This document shows positions 1-14,118 of a stretch of 64,000 bases of DNA, piece by piece. Source of the stretch: Octopus vulgaris (taxonomy: Eukaryota); contig OX597820.1 of assembly GCA_951406725.2 (NCBI GenBank), forward strand, positions 14,012,001-14,076,000, in the 5' to 3' direction. Positions within the stretch are counted from its first letter, which is position 1, and each line of letters opens with the position of its first letter. The translations under genes and the position numbers were made by a program. The notes under the pieces are model-generated. The model was not told where the DNA came from, did not search any database, and saw nothing but the letters and a program-made list of their open reading frames with translations.

Positions 1-250
1 GTGTTGCCAATGCCAGTGCCGCCTGACTGGCACCCATGCTGGTTAGCACGGGAAAAACATACACTACACTCTTGGAGTTGGTTGTCGTTAGGAAGGGTGT
101 CCAGCTGTAGAAACCTTGCCAGATCAGATTGGTGCCTGGTGCAGCCTCCTGGCTTACCAGTCCTCAGTCAAACCATCCAACCCCTGCCAGCATGGAAAGC
201 AGATGTTAAAGAGCAACAATGACGAGGACGATGATGATGATGATGATGAT
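1..250 (+). mobile_element. SINE-like interspersed repeat (family C), 3' part with (GAT)n tail
   Basis: Block ...ttaggaagggtgtccagctgtagaaaccttgccagatcagattgg...ccagcatggaaagcagatgttaaa plus (gat)n recurs, often inverted, at about 21100, 28690, 29400, 43570, 47450, 48940 and 61600. Confidence 0.75.
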
Positions 251-310
251 ATATACACACATAAATATTTGGGTATTTATGGATATCTCTTCGTGTATAC
301 ATACACATAA

Positions 311-920
<610 letters not shown>

Positions 921-1174
921 CCTGCGAATACGATACATTTGAAATGAGACTGAAGAATTAAAAAGATTAGGTCACTTTTCACTTCACTTCAGAATCTTGA
1001 AATGTTTGTTTTAGATTCAAAGAAAATGGAATTGAGAGGAAAAGCATTGAGGGGAGACAAAGAATCTTGCAAACCAATTCCTAAAACAAAAACATAAACA
1101 AATAAACAATGAATGAATAAATAAAATAAATAAATAAATATTAAGAAACATCAGAAAAAGTGATATCTTGAATT

Positions 1175-2035
1175 TTGTATGTATGTGTATGTATGTGTGC
1201 ATGTATGTATGAGTGTGTGTGTGTGTATGTATGTGTGCACATATGTAAGTATGTGTGTGTGTGTATATATACATGTGTGTGTATGTATGTATATGTGTTG
1301 AGTGTATGTGTGTATGTATGTATGTATGTGCATGTGTATATATGTGTGTGTGTATATATATGCATGTGCATACATATGTATATGAGTGTGAGTGTGTGTA
1401 TATATGTGTGTGTGTATATATATGTGCATGTGTATATGTGTCTGTGTGTATGTATGTATATGTGTGTGAGTGTGTGTATGTATATATATATATGTGTATG
1501 TGCGTATGCATGTATGTGTATGTATGTGTACGTACGTGTGTGTATGTATGATGCATATGTGTATGAGTGTGTGTATGTATGTGTGCATATGTGTGTGTAT
1601 GTATGTATATGTGTGTGAATGTGTGTATGTATATATATATATGTATATGTGTACGTATGTATGTATGCGTGTATATATATATATATGTGTGTGTGTGTAT
1701 GTATGCAGATGTGTGTGTATGTATGTATGCATATGTGTGTGTGTATGTATGTGTGTATATGTGTGTGAGTGTGTCTATATATATGTGTGTGTGTTTGTAC
1801 ATATATGTATGTGCATATATAAGTGTATGTGTATGTATTGTATATATGCATACATCTACATGTATATACGTACATGTGTGTATACAAATATATCATGTAT
1901 ACATATATACATATATAAGCATGTATATGCACACGCTCACATATATATACATATGTATGCATATTTATATATGCATGTTTATGTATACTTATATACCTCA
2001 GTGTGTGTATATATATATATATATGTATGTATAAA

Positions 2036-2074
<39 letters not shown>

Positions 2075-2168
2075 TATGTATATATATGTATATATATGTG
2101 TGTGTATATATATGTGTATATATGTGTATATGTATATATATGCATATGTATATGTATATATGTATATA

Positions 2169-2229
<61 letters not shown>

Positions 2230-2285
2230 GCATGTGTGTATATGTAAATAACTATATATACATAGGTGTGTGTGTGTGTGTGAGC
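1175..2285. repeat. Compound (TG)/(TA)/(TATG) microsatellite
   Basis: Seen directly. Confidence 0.95.
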
Positions 2286-2308
2286 ATGTATTTGTTTATT
2301 CCGTGCAG

Positions 2309-2408
2309 ACGCAGTGCTTGGCATCTTCTTCTAAAACTTGAAGATAAGAAACTGGATAGCAACAATGTATTTCGGAATCGTGTTTCAGGCAAAACTCCAA
2401 AAATATAA
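2309..2408 (+). CDS. Weak candidate terminal coding exon ([32 protein letters not shown])
   Basis: Unique island between microsatellites; acceptor-like tttattccgtgcag ending 2308; open frame to TAA at 2406-2408; no homology recognised. Confidence 0.15.
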
Positions 2409-2506
2409 ATCCATGGTTGTAAATTCTGGTTAAACTTATTGCCAGAATGTAACAGAGAGGGGTTGGAAAGGGCTGGAAATATAAGTTGGTGCTTGTAAAT
2501 ATAGTT

Positions 2507-2627
2507 ATATATATATATGTACATGCATATATATGTATATATATATGTATATATATGTATGTGTGTATATATATGTGTGGGTATGTATATATATGTATGT
2601 GTGTATATATATATGTATATGTATATA

Positions 2628-2707
<80 letters not shown>

Positions 2708-2812
2708 ATGAACATGTATTATATATATGTATATATATGTATGTGTATATATATATAAATATATATATAGCTGTGTGTGTATGTGGTGTGTGTGTGTGTA
2801 CATATGTGTGTA
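2507..2812. repeat. (TA)n/(TG)n microsatellite
   Basis: Seen directly. Confidence 0.95.
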
Positions 2813-3129
2813 TGGGGTGGTGTAATCATTTAAGAGGGTGTCGGACATGATGAGTTAAGTCATCACAGTGGTGATGATGATGATGATGATGATGGAGGTG
2901 TTGATGTTGGCACCACTTCCAACAAATGGAATTGTGGATATGTTGCCACCGGTCATAAAGTTTGAAAATAATTCCTGCTGTGACAGCAGAGTCAACACAC
3001 ATCAGACCAAAAGACTAGAATCATCTCTTCTAAGTACATGGACGTGCCAGGTCAATGGCCTTAGTCCTGCAACAAGTCAACCATATCTCAACATTGACAA
3101 ATACAGGTCTACCAAATACCATACGACAG

Positions 3130-3255
3130 CGGATTCGGTCCTACTGCATAACACCTTGGACAAGTGTCTTCTTCTACAGCCTCTGGCTGACTAAAGCCTC
3201 GTGAGTAGATTTGGTGCATGGAAACTGAAAGAAGCCTGTTGTATGTATGCATATA

Positions 3256-3326
<71 letters not shown>

Positions 3327-3560
3327 GTGTGTGTGTCTTTGCGTCTGTATTTGGTCCCCATCACTATCTGATAACAGGTGTTGGTTTGTTTACATCCCTA
3401 TAACTTAGTGGTTCAACAAAAGCGACTGACAGAATAAATACCGGGTTTAAAAAAATAAAAGGGAAGTGCTGGGATCGATTTGCTTGACGAAAATTCTTCA
3501 AGATAGTGCCCCACCATGGCCACAGTCTAATGAGCGAAACAATCAAAAAGATACAAAATT
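3130..3560 (+). mobile_element. tRNA-derived SINE family B with internal (TA)n
   Basis: Shares ccttggacaagtgtcttct...ggaaactgaaagaagcc (TA)n ...gtgccccaccatggccacagtctaatga with copies at 5960, 36570, 43383, 52370 and 56840. Confidence 0.8.
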
Positions 3561-4156
3561 AAAAAAGATAAAAATGTTAATTAAGACCTTCTCCACTTGA
3601 GAAATGGAGATAATATTTCAGGAAACAAGAATTCTCCAATGTCGACATGCCATTAAGGAAAAGGACAAGTTTATTGTCAGCAAATAAGGGGACAGTTGAG
3701 GACATGTGTTTGTGGCACAATACCTCCATCAACATAACAATTGTCTGCCCTTGTTTCTAGTAATGAAAGGACTTTACTAAGCAATCTAGAAATTAATTAT
3801 GGCTTAAGTAATTTGCATAATTTAAACAAAAGTGAGTTAAGAGTGACCAGTGTGCATGTAGTATTTGAATAATGTAATGCAGGTATATCAAATACCATAT
3901 AACAAAAATTCTTGATTTATTAAAATTATCTCCATTTGTAGAGAAAGTCTCATAAACACCAAATGGCAATTACGACCTGATCCACTTGCAAAGAGGACAT
4001 AATGTCAAGATAGATGAATTTTGCAAAAGCTGACATGCTTTTAAAGTAAAAGGACAGGCTTATTGTCAGGAGATAAGAGGACAGTCATGGCCATGTGTTT
4101 CTGACTCAATGGCCATCATCAGGACAGCAATTGTCTGATTTTATCTCCAGTACCCT

Positions 4157-4388
4157 ATTTCTTTATTGCCTACAAGGAGCTAAACATAGAGTGGACAAAC
4201 AAGGACAGACAAAGGGATTATGTCGATTACATCAACCCCAGTGCGTAACTGGTACTTATTAAATTGACCTCGAAAGGCTGAAAGGCAAAGTCGCCCTCGG
4301 CGGAATTTGAACTCAGAACATAACGGCAGACGAAATACCGCTACGCATTTTGCCCGGTGTGCTAATGTTTCTGCCAGCTCGCCGCCAG
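4157..4388 (-). mobile_element. tRNA-derived SINE family A, near full length
   Basis: Minus strand reads ggcggcgagctggcagaaacattagc (A-box region)...gagttcaaattcc (B box)...gactttgcctttcagcctttcgaggtcaatttaataagtaccag...; about 20 related copies in the window. Confidence 0.85.
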
Positions 4389-4827
4389 GATTTAGACTTA
4401 TACAAAAAAAAAAAGGGAATAGCATTAGTTTAGTCCTAAGGAAAGTGAGAAATAACCATGTTTCTGAGACTCTTGAGATGTGATAGAATGTATGCCTCAG
4501 TCTTTTCATACTACAGTACAGGTTGCATTCATAGAAGAGAAGTGCAAACATCCATGTACCTACAAGTCACCTGATGATTGTTGTTGTTATTGTTGTTGCA
4601 CCCAAGGTCCACAACAATAAGTGACACTCACCTATGACTATCACATGAAATGAAGGTGAAAAAACAGTTACATACACACACTCACACATGATGTGCTTCT
4701 TTCAGTTTCCATCTACCAAGTTCACTCACAAGGCTTCTGTCAACCCAGGGCTATAGCAGAAGACATTCACCCAAGATGCCACGTGCTAGGACTGAACCTG
4801 AGACCATATTGTGAAGGAGAAAACTTT

Positions 4828-5291
4828 CTTATTTCTTTATTGCCCACGAGGAGCTAAACATAGAAGGGACAAACAAGGGCAGACAAAGGGATTAAGTCGA
4901 TTACATCGACCCCAGTGCATAACTGGTACTTAATTTATTGACCCCGAAAGGGTGAAAGGCAAAGTCGACCTCGGCGGAATTTGAACTCAGAACGTAACGA
5001 CAGATGAAATACAGCTAAGCATTTGGCCCTATGTGGTAACGTTTCTGCCAGCTCGCGGCCTTCTTATTTCTTTATTGCCCATGAAGGGCTAAACATAGAA
5101 GAGACAAACAAGGACAGATAAAGGGATTAAGTCAATTACATCGATCCCAGTGCGTAACTGGTACTTAATTTATCAACCCCGAAAGGATGAAAAGCAAAGT
5201 CGACCTTGGCGGAATTTGAACTCAGAATGTAACGGCAGACGAAATACAGCTAAGCATTTGGCCCAACATGCTAACATTTCTGCCAGCTCGC
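4828..5291 (-). mobile_element. Two head-to-tail SINE family A copies
   Basis: Two ~230-bp copies matching 4157-4388, junction near 5063. Confidence 0.85.
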
Positions 5292-5959
5292 ATTTGCATA
5301 TTTTTTACTCTCTACCCCATTACTGGCCAGGGCATGGAACTCTCTGCTTTAAATTCATTTAGTTTTTAACTCTAAATGCTTTATTAAAAAGAAACAAAAC
5401 ATAACAACAGCTTCTAAACTCCTCTAAATCTCATATTCAAATACAACTTTACATCAAGCACGTTCATATTAATTTAATGTGTCAGTTAAACCAACATGAT
5501 TTATAAATGTAATTAACAGATCAAACTCGTTATTAAAACTAACCTTCTTCATATTACCACATGTGATGTATTAATTTCAGGAAAATCTGCCACAGAAAAC
5601 CAAAAGCATACAATACAGCTGTTTCTTATCATAATACTAAAATTTTTATTCTTAATTTAAGAGTTTCTTGCCTTCGTCTAGTCTTATCCCTAATTTAAAA
5701 GCTGCAGGCTCAATCGTTAACACGTCACAAAAAATGTTTGGCAGCATTTCATTCACCTGTATGTTCTGAGTTCAAATCCTGCTGAGGTCAACTTTGCTTT
5801 GTCTTGCATACTTTCAGAGTTGATAAAATAAGTACCAGTTAAATACTGGGGTCAATGTAATTGAGTAGCCCCACCCTCTTCGCAAAAATTTCAAGTTGAG
5901 TGCCTATATAAGGATTATTATTAATTAATTAATTAATTTACTTATTTATTTATTATTTG

Positions 5960-6470
5960 TTGGCTTGGTTGTGTGGTTAAGAAGCTTGTTTTGCAACCAC
6001 GTGGTTTCAGGTTCAATCCCACTTCGTGGCACCCTGGACAAGCATCTTCTATTATAGCCTCAGGCTGACCAAAGCCTTCTGAATGGAACCATTTCGAAGC
6101 TGTTGTATGTATAGATTTATATGTTTATGTGTGTTTATGTGCATGTGTGCATATGTCTACACACTCCCATATGTGTGTGTGTGTGTGCATGAGCCTGTGT
6201 ATGTATGTATGTATCTATATGTATATGCATGCATCTATATGTATATGTATGTGTGTGTTTTTGGGTATCATTGTGTTTGTCACCCCCACCACTTAATAAC
6301 CAGTATCGGTTTGTTTACGTCTCTGTGACTTAGTGGTTCAGCAAAAGACACTGATAGAGTTAAGTACTAGACTTTAAAAAAAAAGTAGTACGGTTGATTT
6401 GTTCGCCTAAAACCCTTCAAGGTGGTGCCCCAGCATGGCCACAGTTCAATGACTGAAACAAGTAAAAGAT
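5960..6470 (+). mobile_element. tRNA-derived SINE family B
   Basis: A-box-like tggttgtgtggtt and B box ggttcaatccc, internal microsatellite, 3' block ggtggtgccccagcatggccacag. Confidence 0.8.
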
Positions 6471-6630
6471 AGATAAATGATGTCAGCACTCGGCCTTTCC
6501 AGCATTTATTTGTGCCAGTGTTACATATCTGGCACCCATAACTGGTGGCACATAAAAGGCATCCTTCAAACTTTGGGTCTCATGGAGGCAGTAACAAGTG
6601 ATCAGGACCTTTGGCAATATACTGTGCTTT

Positions 6631-7075
6631 AAGGCGGTGAACTGGCAGAATCGTTAGCACACCGGGTAAAATGCTTAGCGGTATTTTGTCTGCCGCTATG
6701 TTCTGAGTTCAAATTCCACCGAGGTTGACTTTGCCTTTCATCCTTTCGGGGTAGATTGAATAAGTACCAGTTATGCACTGGGGTCAATATAATCAACTTA
6801 ATCCATTTGTCTGTTCTTGTTTGTCCCTTCCGTGTTTAGCCCCTTGTGGATAGTAAAGAAATAGGTATTTCGTCTGCCGCTATGTTCTGAGTCCAAATTC
6901 CAGCGAGGTCCACTTTGCCTTTCATCCTTTCGGGTCGATAAATTAAGTACCAGTTGTGTACTGGGATCAATCTAATCGACTGGCCTCCTCCCCAAAATTT
7001 TTGGGCTTTGTGCCTAGAGGAGAAAAGAATTAAAAGGAGGCGAACTGGCAGAAACGTTAGCATGTCGGGCGAAAT
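6631..7075 (+). mobile_element. SINE family A tandem (full copy, 5'-truncated copy, head fragment)
   Basis: aaggcggtgaactggcagaatcgttagc...gagttcaaattcc; second copy begins ggtatttcgtctgccgc at about 6864. Confidence 0.85.
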
Positions 7076-7499
7076 TCCCCCCAATATATTACTGTAAAAT
7101 GATTGGCAAATCAACAGAGAAGGTGTAGAGTTTAAAGATATCTGTAACCTTGTTTTACCAAAGACTGTTCAACGTTTGTAGTGTTGGTGCCACGAGAAAA
7201 TGTAATCCAGTACACTCTGTGAAGTGATTGGTAACAAGAGGGGCATCCGATCTTAGAAACCAGATGAGATGATGCATAAAAACATTTATGCTTAGGCGCA
7301 GTGGCTACCAATAGGAGTTGGACATTGGTGACGTGTCCAACTGATGCAGACATAAAAGGATGATGGTGATGATGATGATGGTGATGGTGATGGTGTTGAT
7401 GATAAAGATGATGTTGATTCGTATAGGGTAGGAACTCTTTTCTAAGAAGATAAAGAATCATAAATTGGAGAGGAAGAAAGATATATTGGTGGTTGGTAT

Positions 7500-7824
7500 C
7501 ATGACCATCGTCCTTGCCATTCTCCTCCTCCGCCTCCTCCTCCTTCTTCTCCTCCTCCTCCTCATCATCATCACTATCATGACTATCATCATCATCATCA
7601 GCAGCAGCAGCATCATTATCATCATTATCATCGTCATTGTTATCATCATTGTTGTTCTTTTTATCATCATCATCATCATCATTGTTGCCATCATCGTCAT
7701 TATCCTCCTTATCATCCTTATCATCATCATCATCATCATCCTCATTGTTGTCATCGTCATCAGCCTCAGCAGTGGCAACAGCATCACTATCATCATTATC
7801 ATCGTCATCATCATTGTTGTTCTT

Positions 7825-7867
<43 letters not shown>

Positions 7868-8225
7868 GCGTTGTTATGTACATCATGATCATCACTGTCA
7901 TTGAGATCATCATTAACATCATCTTGATCATTATCATCATCATCATTATCATTACTGTCATCGTTATCATCATCATCATCATCATCATCATCATAGACAC
8001 TCCTTCTTTCTTAATCAATAGGTTCAATAATGCCAACCCAGCTTCTACAATCATTACCACCACCAACACCACCACTACCACTGCCAGCACCACAACCACT
8101 GCCACTACCACCACCGCCACCGCCACCACCACTAACACTATCACCACCACCACCACCACCACCACCATCACCACCACCACTACCCCCACTACATCTCCAC
8201 CACTACCACCACCTCCCTACTACCA
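7500..8225. repeat. (CAT)n/(CAC)n trinucleotide mosaic
   Basis: Seen directly. Confidence 0.93.
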
Positions 8226-8248
8226 TCCAGAACATTCTGTTTTCACAG

Positions 8249-8365
8249 ACTGTTCTGACAGGTTTAACTGTAACCAGCCAACCTCCCCATGCCCCCCACC
8301 CCTTAACATTAGTAAAAGACCAATCATTTCCAATGTGGACAGTCGGAGTTGAAGAATTTACTCAA
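8249..8365 (+). CDS. Candidate internal exon, 117 nt, phase 0-0 (TVLTGLTVTSQPPHAPHPLTLVKDQSFPMWTVGVEEFTQ)
   Basis: Acceptor ttctgttttcacag ending 8248, donor gtgagt at 8366-8371, stop-free, length divisible by 3; no homology recognised. Confidence 0.3.
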
Positions 8366-8429
8366 GTGAGTCATTTATTCCATTTCCACTGAGAGAATGG
8401 TGTCTTGTGATTCTAGAATCAACATGGAA

Positions 8430-8597
8430 CCACACACACACACATACACATACAATCACAGATACACAGTAATGTGTGTACACATACGCATATATGCACA
8501 GTTACACACATGCAAAAACAGGCACACACTTACATATACACATACACATACATACATATACACTTACCTACACACACACACTTGTACATGCAGTCAT

Positions 8598-8637
<40 letters not shown>

Positions 8638-9236
8638 ACACAAGCATGAAGACACACGTACATAAACACACATGTACTTTCATACATGCTGACATACATA
8701 CACAGACACGTGCATGAACACATGCACACACACATATACACTTACAAACAGACAACTGCACACACACACATACATACATGCACAAACTCAAACTCACACA
8801 CACACACACACACACACACATGCAAACACACACATGCACACATACATACACATACCCACACATACACACTCATGCACATACACAAACGTATTTACACAAA
8901 ATCACACACACACACACATACATACACACATAAACTTACACACATGTATACACACACACACACGCACACAAACACATAGTGCACACATGCATACACACAT
9001 ACATACACATACACACTCACACATACATACAGACACACACACACACGTATACACACACACAAACTCACGCACACACACACAAACACATATGCGCACACAC
9101 ACACATGCACACATACATAAACATACACAATCACACACATACATACACTCACACACACACACACACAAACATACACATACACACACATATACCCACACAT
9201 ACACACACACACACAAGCACACACAAACGCACACAA
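8430..9236. repeat. (CA)n compound microsatellite
   Basis: Seen directly. Confidence 0.95.
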
Positions 9237-9479
9237 AGGGTCTTCTCTCTGCAATGGAAGCAAACAGTTGCTAATGGCAACAGCAACATCTTGATGCTGT
9301 TGTTGTTGTTCTGATTCTTGTAGTCCTTTGTTGTTGTTGTTTTATTTCCTTGTTATTTTCTTTATTGTTTTTTTTTATTTTGTTTTGATTTTCTTGTTCC
9401 TTCTCCCATCTTACTCCCTTTTTTCTTTCCCTTCTTGTTTGTATTTCCTCCTCTTCTTCTTCTTCTTCTTCCTCCTGCT

Positions 9480-10082
9480 TGTCATCATCATCATCATCAA
9501 CATGGTCATCATCAACATCATCATCATCATTGTCTCTTACCACCATCACCCTCACCAATGCCACAGCCATCACTACCACCGCCACCACCACCACCACCAC
9601 TACCACCACCATCCTCATTGTCTTTTGCCGCCATCACCACCATCACCACTACCACCACCACCACCACCACCACCACCATCATCATCATTGTCTTTTGCCA
9701 CTATCACCACCAACACCACAACTACCACCAACACCATCGTCATCATCCTTGTCTTTCGTCACTGCCACCACCACAACCACAACCACCACTACCACCACTA
9801 CCACTGCCGCCACCATCACCACCATCATCATCATCATCAGTCTTTTGCCACCACCATCACCACCACCACCATCACCACCACCACCACTACCACCACCACC
9901 ACCACCACCACCACCACCACCATCACCACCAACGCCACCGCCACCATCACCACCACCACCATCACCACCACCACCACCGCCACCACCACCACTACCACCA
10001 CCACCACCACCATCATCATCATCATTGTCTTTTGCCACCATCACCACCAATACCACCGCCACCACCACCACCACCACCATTG
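9480..10082. repeat. (CAT)/(CAC) mosaic with recurring tgtcttttgcc spacer motif
   Basis: tgtcttttgcc-like motif at about 9530, 9619, 9689, 9750, 9839 and 10026. Confidence 0.85.
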
Positions 10083-10639
10083 TCTCTGTGATCTTTGTAG
10101 TTGACATTGTCCTCTTTGTTGTTCCTTTGTTAACATTTTATTTCCAGTTTTTCTTTCTTTTTATTCTTTTTTACTTCATCCTTTTTTATTTGCTTTTTTT
10201 TGCTTGAGTAGCTTGTTGCTATAATGTTTTTCTTATTACTGTTGCTGACGTTGCTCATCTTTAGCCTCCCCCCCACCACCTGCTTACCCCTCTTTCCATA
10301 AAAGTATAAATAAACAAGTGCATTTGTACAGACTTGAGTGAAGATGGGAAACAATGAATGTTTAACCAAGGAACAGGATTCACTCTATCAGTGGTGAAAT
10401 GGTACCCCTAACCCCCCTCCTTGGATTATGGATCCTTATCTGGAGTTCTCACAGGTGTAGCAAAAACAGTGACTGAAATATCACTGCTGTTACAATTTGA
10501 ACATTGAATTGCCACTGATGAAGCGCAAGGATACAGAAATACGCATTTGATGATTATCATCTGCTGCAGATATATTTCTGGTTTTTTTAACCCTGTATGT
10601 TTATAAGAGTTGCTTTCTCTGGATAAGTTGAAGAAAACC

Positions 10640-11395
10640 CCAGTTAATTAGGTTTTCCATGTTGTATCTGCTATAAGTATTAGTTTAAATTAGCAATCTA
10701 CATCAGCTTCCCCAGATTGTTTGGGGTATTGTCCATGCAATGGTTTTCCTTGCCCCAGTCTTGAAATTTCCTACAAGCTTTATTTTGGCTTTTGTTTTAC
10801 AGTTTTGTGCTGCCTTAATGGATGATGTGTCCTCCTTATCATCGTCATAATTAGAGAGATTAAGCTCTCATCTATATTTATATACTTCCTTTGAGATTGA
10901 GTACAATTTCTTACTCTGTTCATGTTGCCTTACCAGTTGTATAATCCAGTCAGTGTTATTTCAGATGTACACCTGAAGTCCTTTCATGGTCATTTTATAG
11001 GATATTTCAAGCTGGATTAAGCCTCTGCCACCTTCCTTTCAGGGGAGATAGAGCCTATGGACGCCTGATTTTGAGTGGCACATCCTGTTTAGTGTCAGCA
11101 GTTTTCTGGCCTTTAATGTCCATATGCTGAAGATCACTCAGATGGCAATTGATGACATTAAGGCTATACTGGACAACTGGTACCGCCAGAGAGTTCATAG
11201 CTGTAATTCTATTCTGAGAATTCAGCTCAGGATTCAGGACCATTCTGATACATCTATGATACTCTTTTCTAATCTCTTTCATTGTTCTGTGTCAAATCTC
11301 TTTCCCTTTGTGTATCACAAGATACTTATAAAAGCCTTCTTGGTCTGTGTCCTTGATAGATCTATCATACTTAAGTTGGGTCATGATATTAGCTG
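10640..11395 (-). mobile_element. Degraded R4/Dong-like non-LTR retrotransposon fragment (RT C-terminal/thumb region)
   Basis: ORF MKEIRKEYHRCIRMVLNPELNSQNRITAMNSLAVPVVQYS is homologous to MKERIRKECYRRVRAVLKSELNARNKVLAINSLAVPVVTYS of the 25-26 kb element. Confidence 0.8.
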
Positions 11396-11419
11396 TAATT
11401 ATTATCGTTATTATTATTA

Positions 11420-11950
11420 TTCTATGTTTGACTTTTGCTTTACATTTGTACAAATTGGCTCCAAGTCTCACCCAGAGACCTCACGAAACGACAAGTTAAG
11501 AAGTTCATGTTGGTGTTATGCCTAGGGTGCCATATATTTGATTTTGTACATAGTGTTGTTCTAGAGAATGTTTAAGAAAACATAAGAAAATTATGTTTGT
11601 TTTAAAACTTGAGATTACATAGAAAGTATTTTGCATAGGATATGAGCACTATCTTTTGAATTTCTGCCATTTTGGGGTTTCCTGGTATCATCCCCTTTTG
11701 CTATCATTCCAGGGTCACCTATGACAACAGGTATTGTTTTAGTCTTCAGGTTCCACATTTTGCTAATTTCTATTTCAAGATCTTTATATTTGTTCAGTTT
11801 TTGGAAGGTCTTGACAGATACATTTATATCGATTGGAACAGTCATATCAATGAGGAGGCATGTTTTTTGTCTGAAGTCTTTCAATATGATGTCTGGTCTA
11901 TTTGCATCTATTTTTCTGTCAGTTTAAATGGTGAAGTTCCAGAGGAGTGT
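11420..11950 (-). mobile_element. R4/Dong-like 3' fragment (RLE domain plus 3'UTR)
   Basis: CLLIDMTVPIDINVSVKTFQKLNKYKDLEIEISKMWNLKTKTIPVVIG, the RLE D..K..KY motifs; bounded by (TTA)n on both sides. Confidence 0.85.
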
Positions 11951-11969
11951 ATTATTATTATTTGATGAA

Positions 11970-12975
11970 AAACACTCAGCTTATTTTACTGGGTATGATG
12001 GAAAGTGTCAGCTGTCAACAGCCAGAAGACTAAAGTGACACTTGTTTACTGGTCATGCTTCAAGAAAACTGCAAAGAATTCTTGCAGTTCCAAGCAATGC
12101 TGATTTTTGTAGGTGTTCTACCTTCACACTTGCACCAATCTTTTTCAGCCATGTTAGTAGTTGAGTGCTGAGACTTCCAAGTGTACCAATTACTATTGGT
12201 ATCATGTCTACTCTCTTCATTGACAACAACCTTTGTATTTCCCACTTCAAATCGTCATAGCTGTTTATTTTTTCTTCTTCTTTCACATTGATCCTGTTGT
12301 CACCAGGACATGTCATATCGCTTATCATACATGTTCTTTCTTTTTTTATTCACCACAACCATGTCTGGGTTATGATGTCTGGTCGGGGGATCGCACTGGA
12401 TCATTACACCCCACAAGATTTTGCAATTCTCATTCTTGGTAACCCCTTTTGAGGTTTTCTCATACCACGTCTTTTCCTTTTGTAGACTGTGATTTCCACA
12501 GAGCTCCCAATAGATCGTTCTTGCCAGATTGTAATGTCTTTTGTATTCACGTTGAGCCAATTTAAGGCATTTGTTAATGATGTACCATACCGTTTTACTC
12601 CTCTCAACACACATTCTGCATTTGTTGCTGTTAGTAGTGTTGTCTATTCTGCACTTCATATAGTTGGTCCTTAATGCATGTTCTTGAGCTGCGCATATGA
12701 GTGCTTCTGTCTCCCTCTTCAGGTCACTCCTCTTCATCAATAGCCACTGGTCCTCTGTATCTGTCTTGGCTTTCATATCTCTTGCAAACTGGTCATACAT
12801 TTTTTTTTCTTTCCATGCTGTTTCTTTTTTTGTGTTTGTTTTCTCTTTAAGTTTTACTTTTTTTTACACAATTATCAACTTTGATGATGCCAAACATCTT
12901 CACATGTTTCAACAATGGTTCTATGGTATTTTTACATATTACCCTAAGCTGTTTTCCTCTGCTTTGATACAATCC
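11970..12975 (-). mobile_element. R4/Dong-like fragment (CCHC knuckle plus RLE), frameshifted
   Basis: ETEALICAAQEHALRTNY, KCRMC, NPDMVVV, DMTCPGD..EEEKINSYDDLKWE..IPIVIGTLG..LQKSALLGTARIL. Confidence 0.88.
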
Positions 12976-13015
12976 TGGCAACTCATCAAAACTCTCCCAC
13001 CCTTTCTTCTTCTTC

Positions 13016-13079
<64 letters not shown>

Positions 13080-13530
13080 TTCATTGATGTTTTTGCTCTG
13101 GCAGATGTTATACTGACACTATACCAAAAGAGCAAGCCATATCAAATGGCCAAAGGTCCTCTGGGTCATTTCTTCTCATTCAACTTTGTAACACCCTCCT
13201 TAGGATCCTTGCTTTTCCTAACAAGGCTGTTTCCTGTGACAACCCTGTCCCGGTGGTAAATCCTAGCTTCTCAAGCCATGCATCCAACCTTTTCCAAACT
13301 GGGCACTGTGCACCAACCACAACTGGTACCACTTCTAAGCGCCTGATTCTCCATAGTTTCCTGATTTCCCACTTCGGCTCCTGACATTTCTCCACTTTCT
13401 CACTTTCCTTCTCACTCACCCTCTGGTCCCATGGTGAAGCAATGTCCACACTAACTCTGCTTTGTTCTTCTTTTCTACAACATCAATGTCAGGCTTTCTA
13501 GCCACAATAAAACAGTCACATTGGACTGTC
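13080..13530 (-). mobile_element. R4/Dong-like 3' fragment (RLE)
   Basis: DIASPWDQRVSEKESEKVEK..VVPVVVGA..QETALLGKARILRRVL; 3' end abuts the (TAA)n tract at 13017-13079. Confidence 0.85.
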
Positions 13531-13589
13531 ACATGTCCCACAAGACCATATATTGTTCATTTTACCACTACTACTACTACTACTACTAC

Positions 13590-13942
13590 TACCTTAGCGA
13601 AGGTGGAGGTATTGTTTTCAGTAGTGTTTGTCTGTTTGTCCATGGACAAGATATCTCAAGAACCACTCGATGGATTTGGATGAAACTTTCAGAGATGTTT
13701 GGCCGTGTGACTGGCACAAACTGATTAGATTTTGGGATCGATCAGGTACTGGACAAGGATTCCGGATTATTTTTCCTGTTCTTTTACTTAATTTTTGAGA
13801 GGTTCATTTTTAGTATTCTCGTTTGTGAGAGTAGTCGAGTTTATTTCAGATATTCTCATTTTAAAAATTCATCTCTGGCTAATCGTTGAGAGGACTTTGG
13901 TGTTACCTTGGCAGAGGTTTGCACTCACTGAGTGCTCTTGTT
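13590..13942 (+). mobile_element. Non-autonomous Helentron/DINE-1-type (HINE-like) element
   Basis: Subterminal imperfect inverted repeats accttagcgaagg and ccttggcagaggt, (GTTT/GTCT) tract, 3' hairpin gcactc-act-gagtgc at 13921-13935. Confidence 0.6.
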
Positions 13943-14084
13943 ATCATCATAATCATTATCTTCTTCTTCGTCATCATCATCATCATCATCATTATTGTTG
14001 GTGTTGTTGTCATTGTTATTTTAAAAAGTATTTTAATATTCTTACATTATTATTGAAGAAGTCCTCCTCTTCCTCACAACCACC

Positions 14085-14118
<34 letters not shown>

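Noticed and set aside
10510-10550. ctgatga..gaaa hammerhead-like string; also GAAACAGCUGUA-type half motifs near 5615 and 24880
   Set aside because: Stem II or the 5' core cannot be formed; at most decayed remnants
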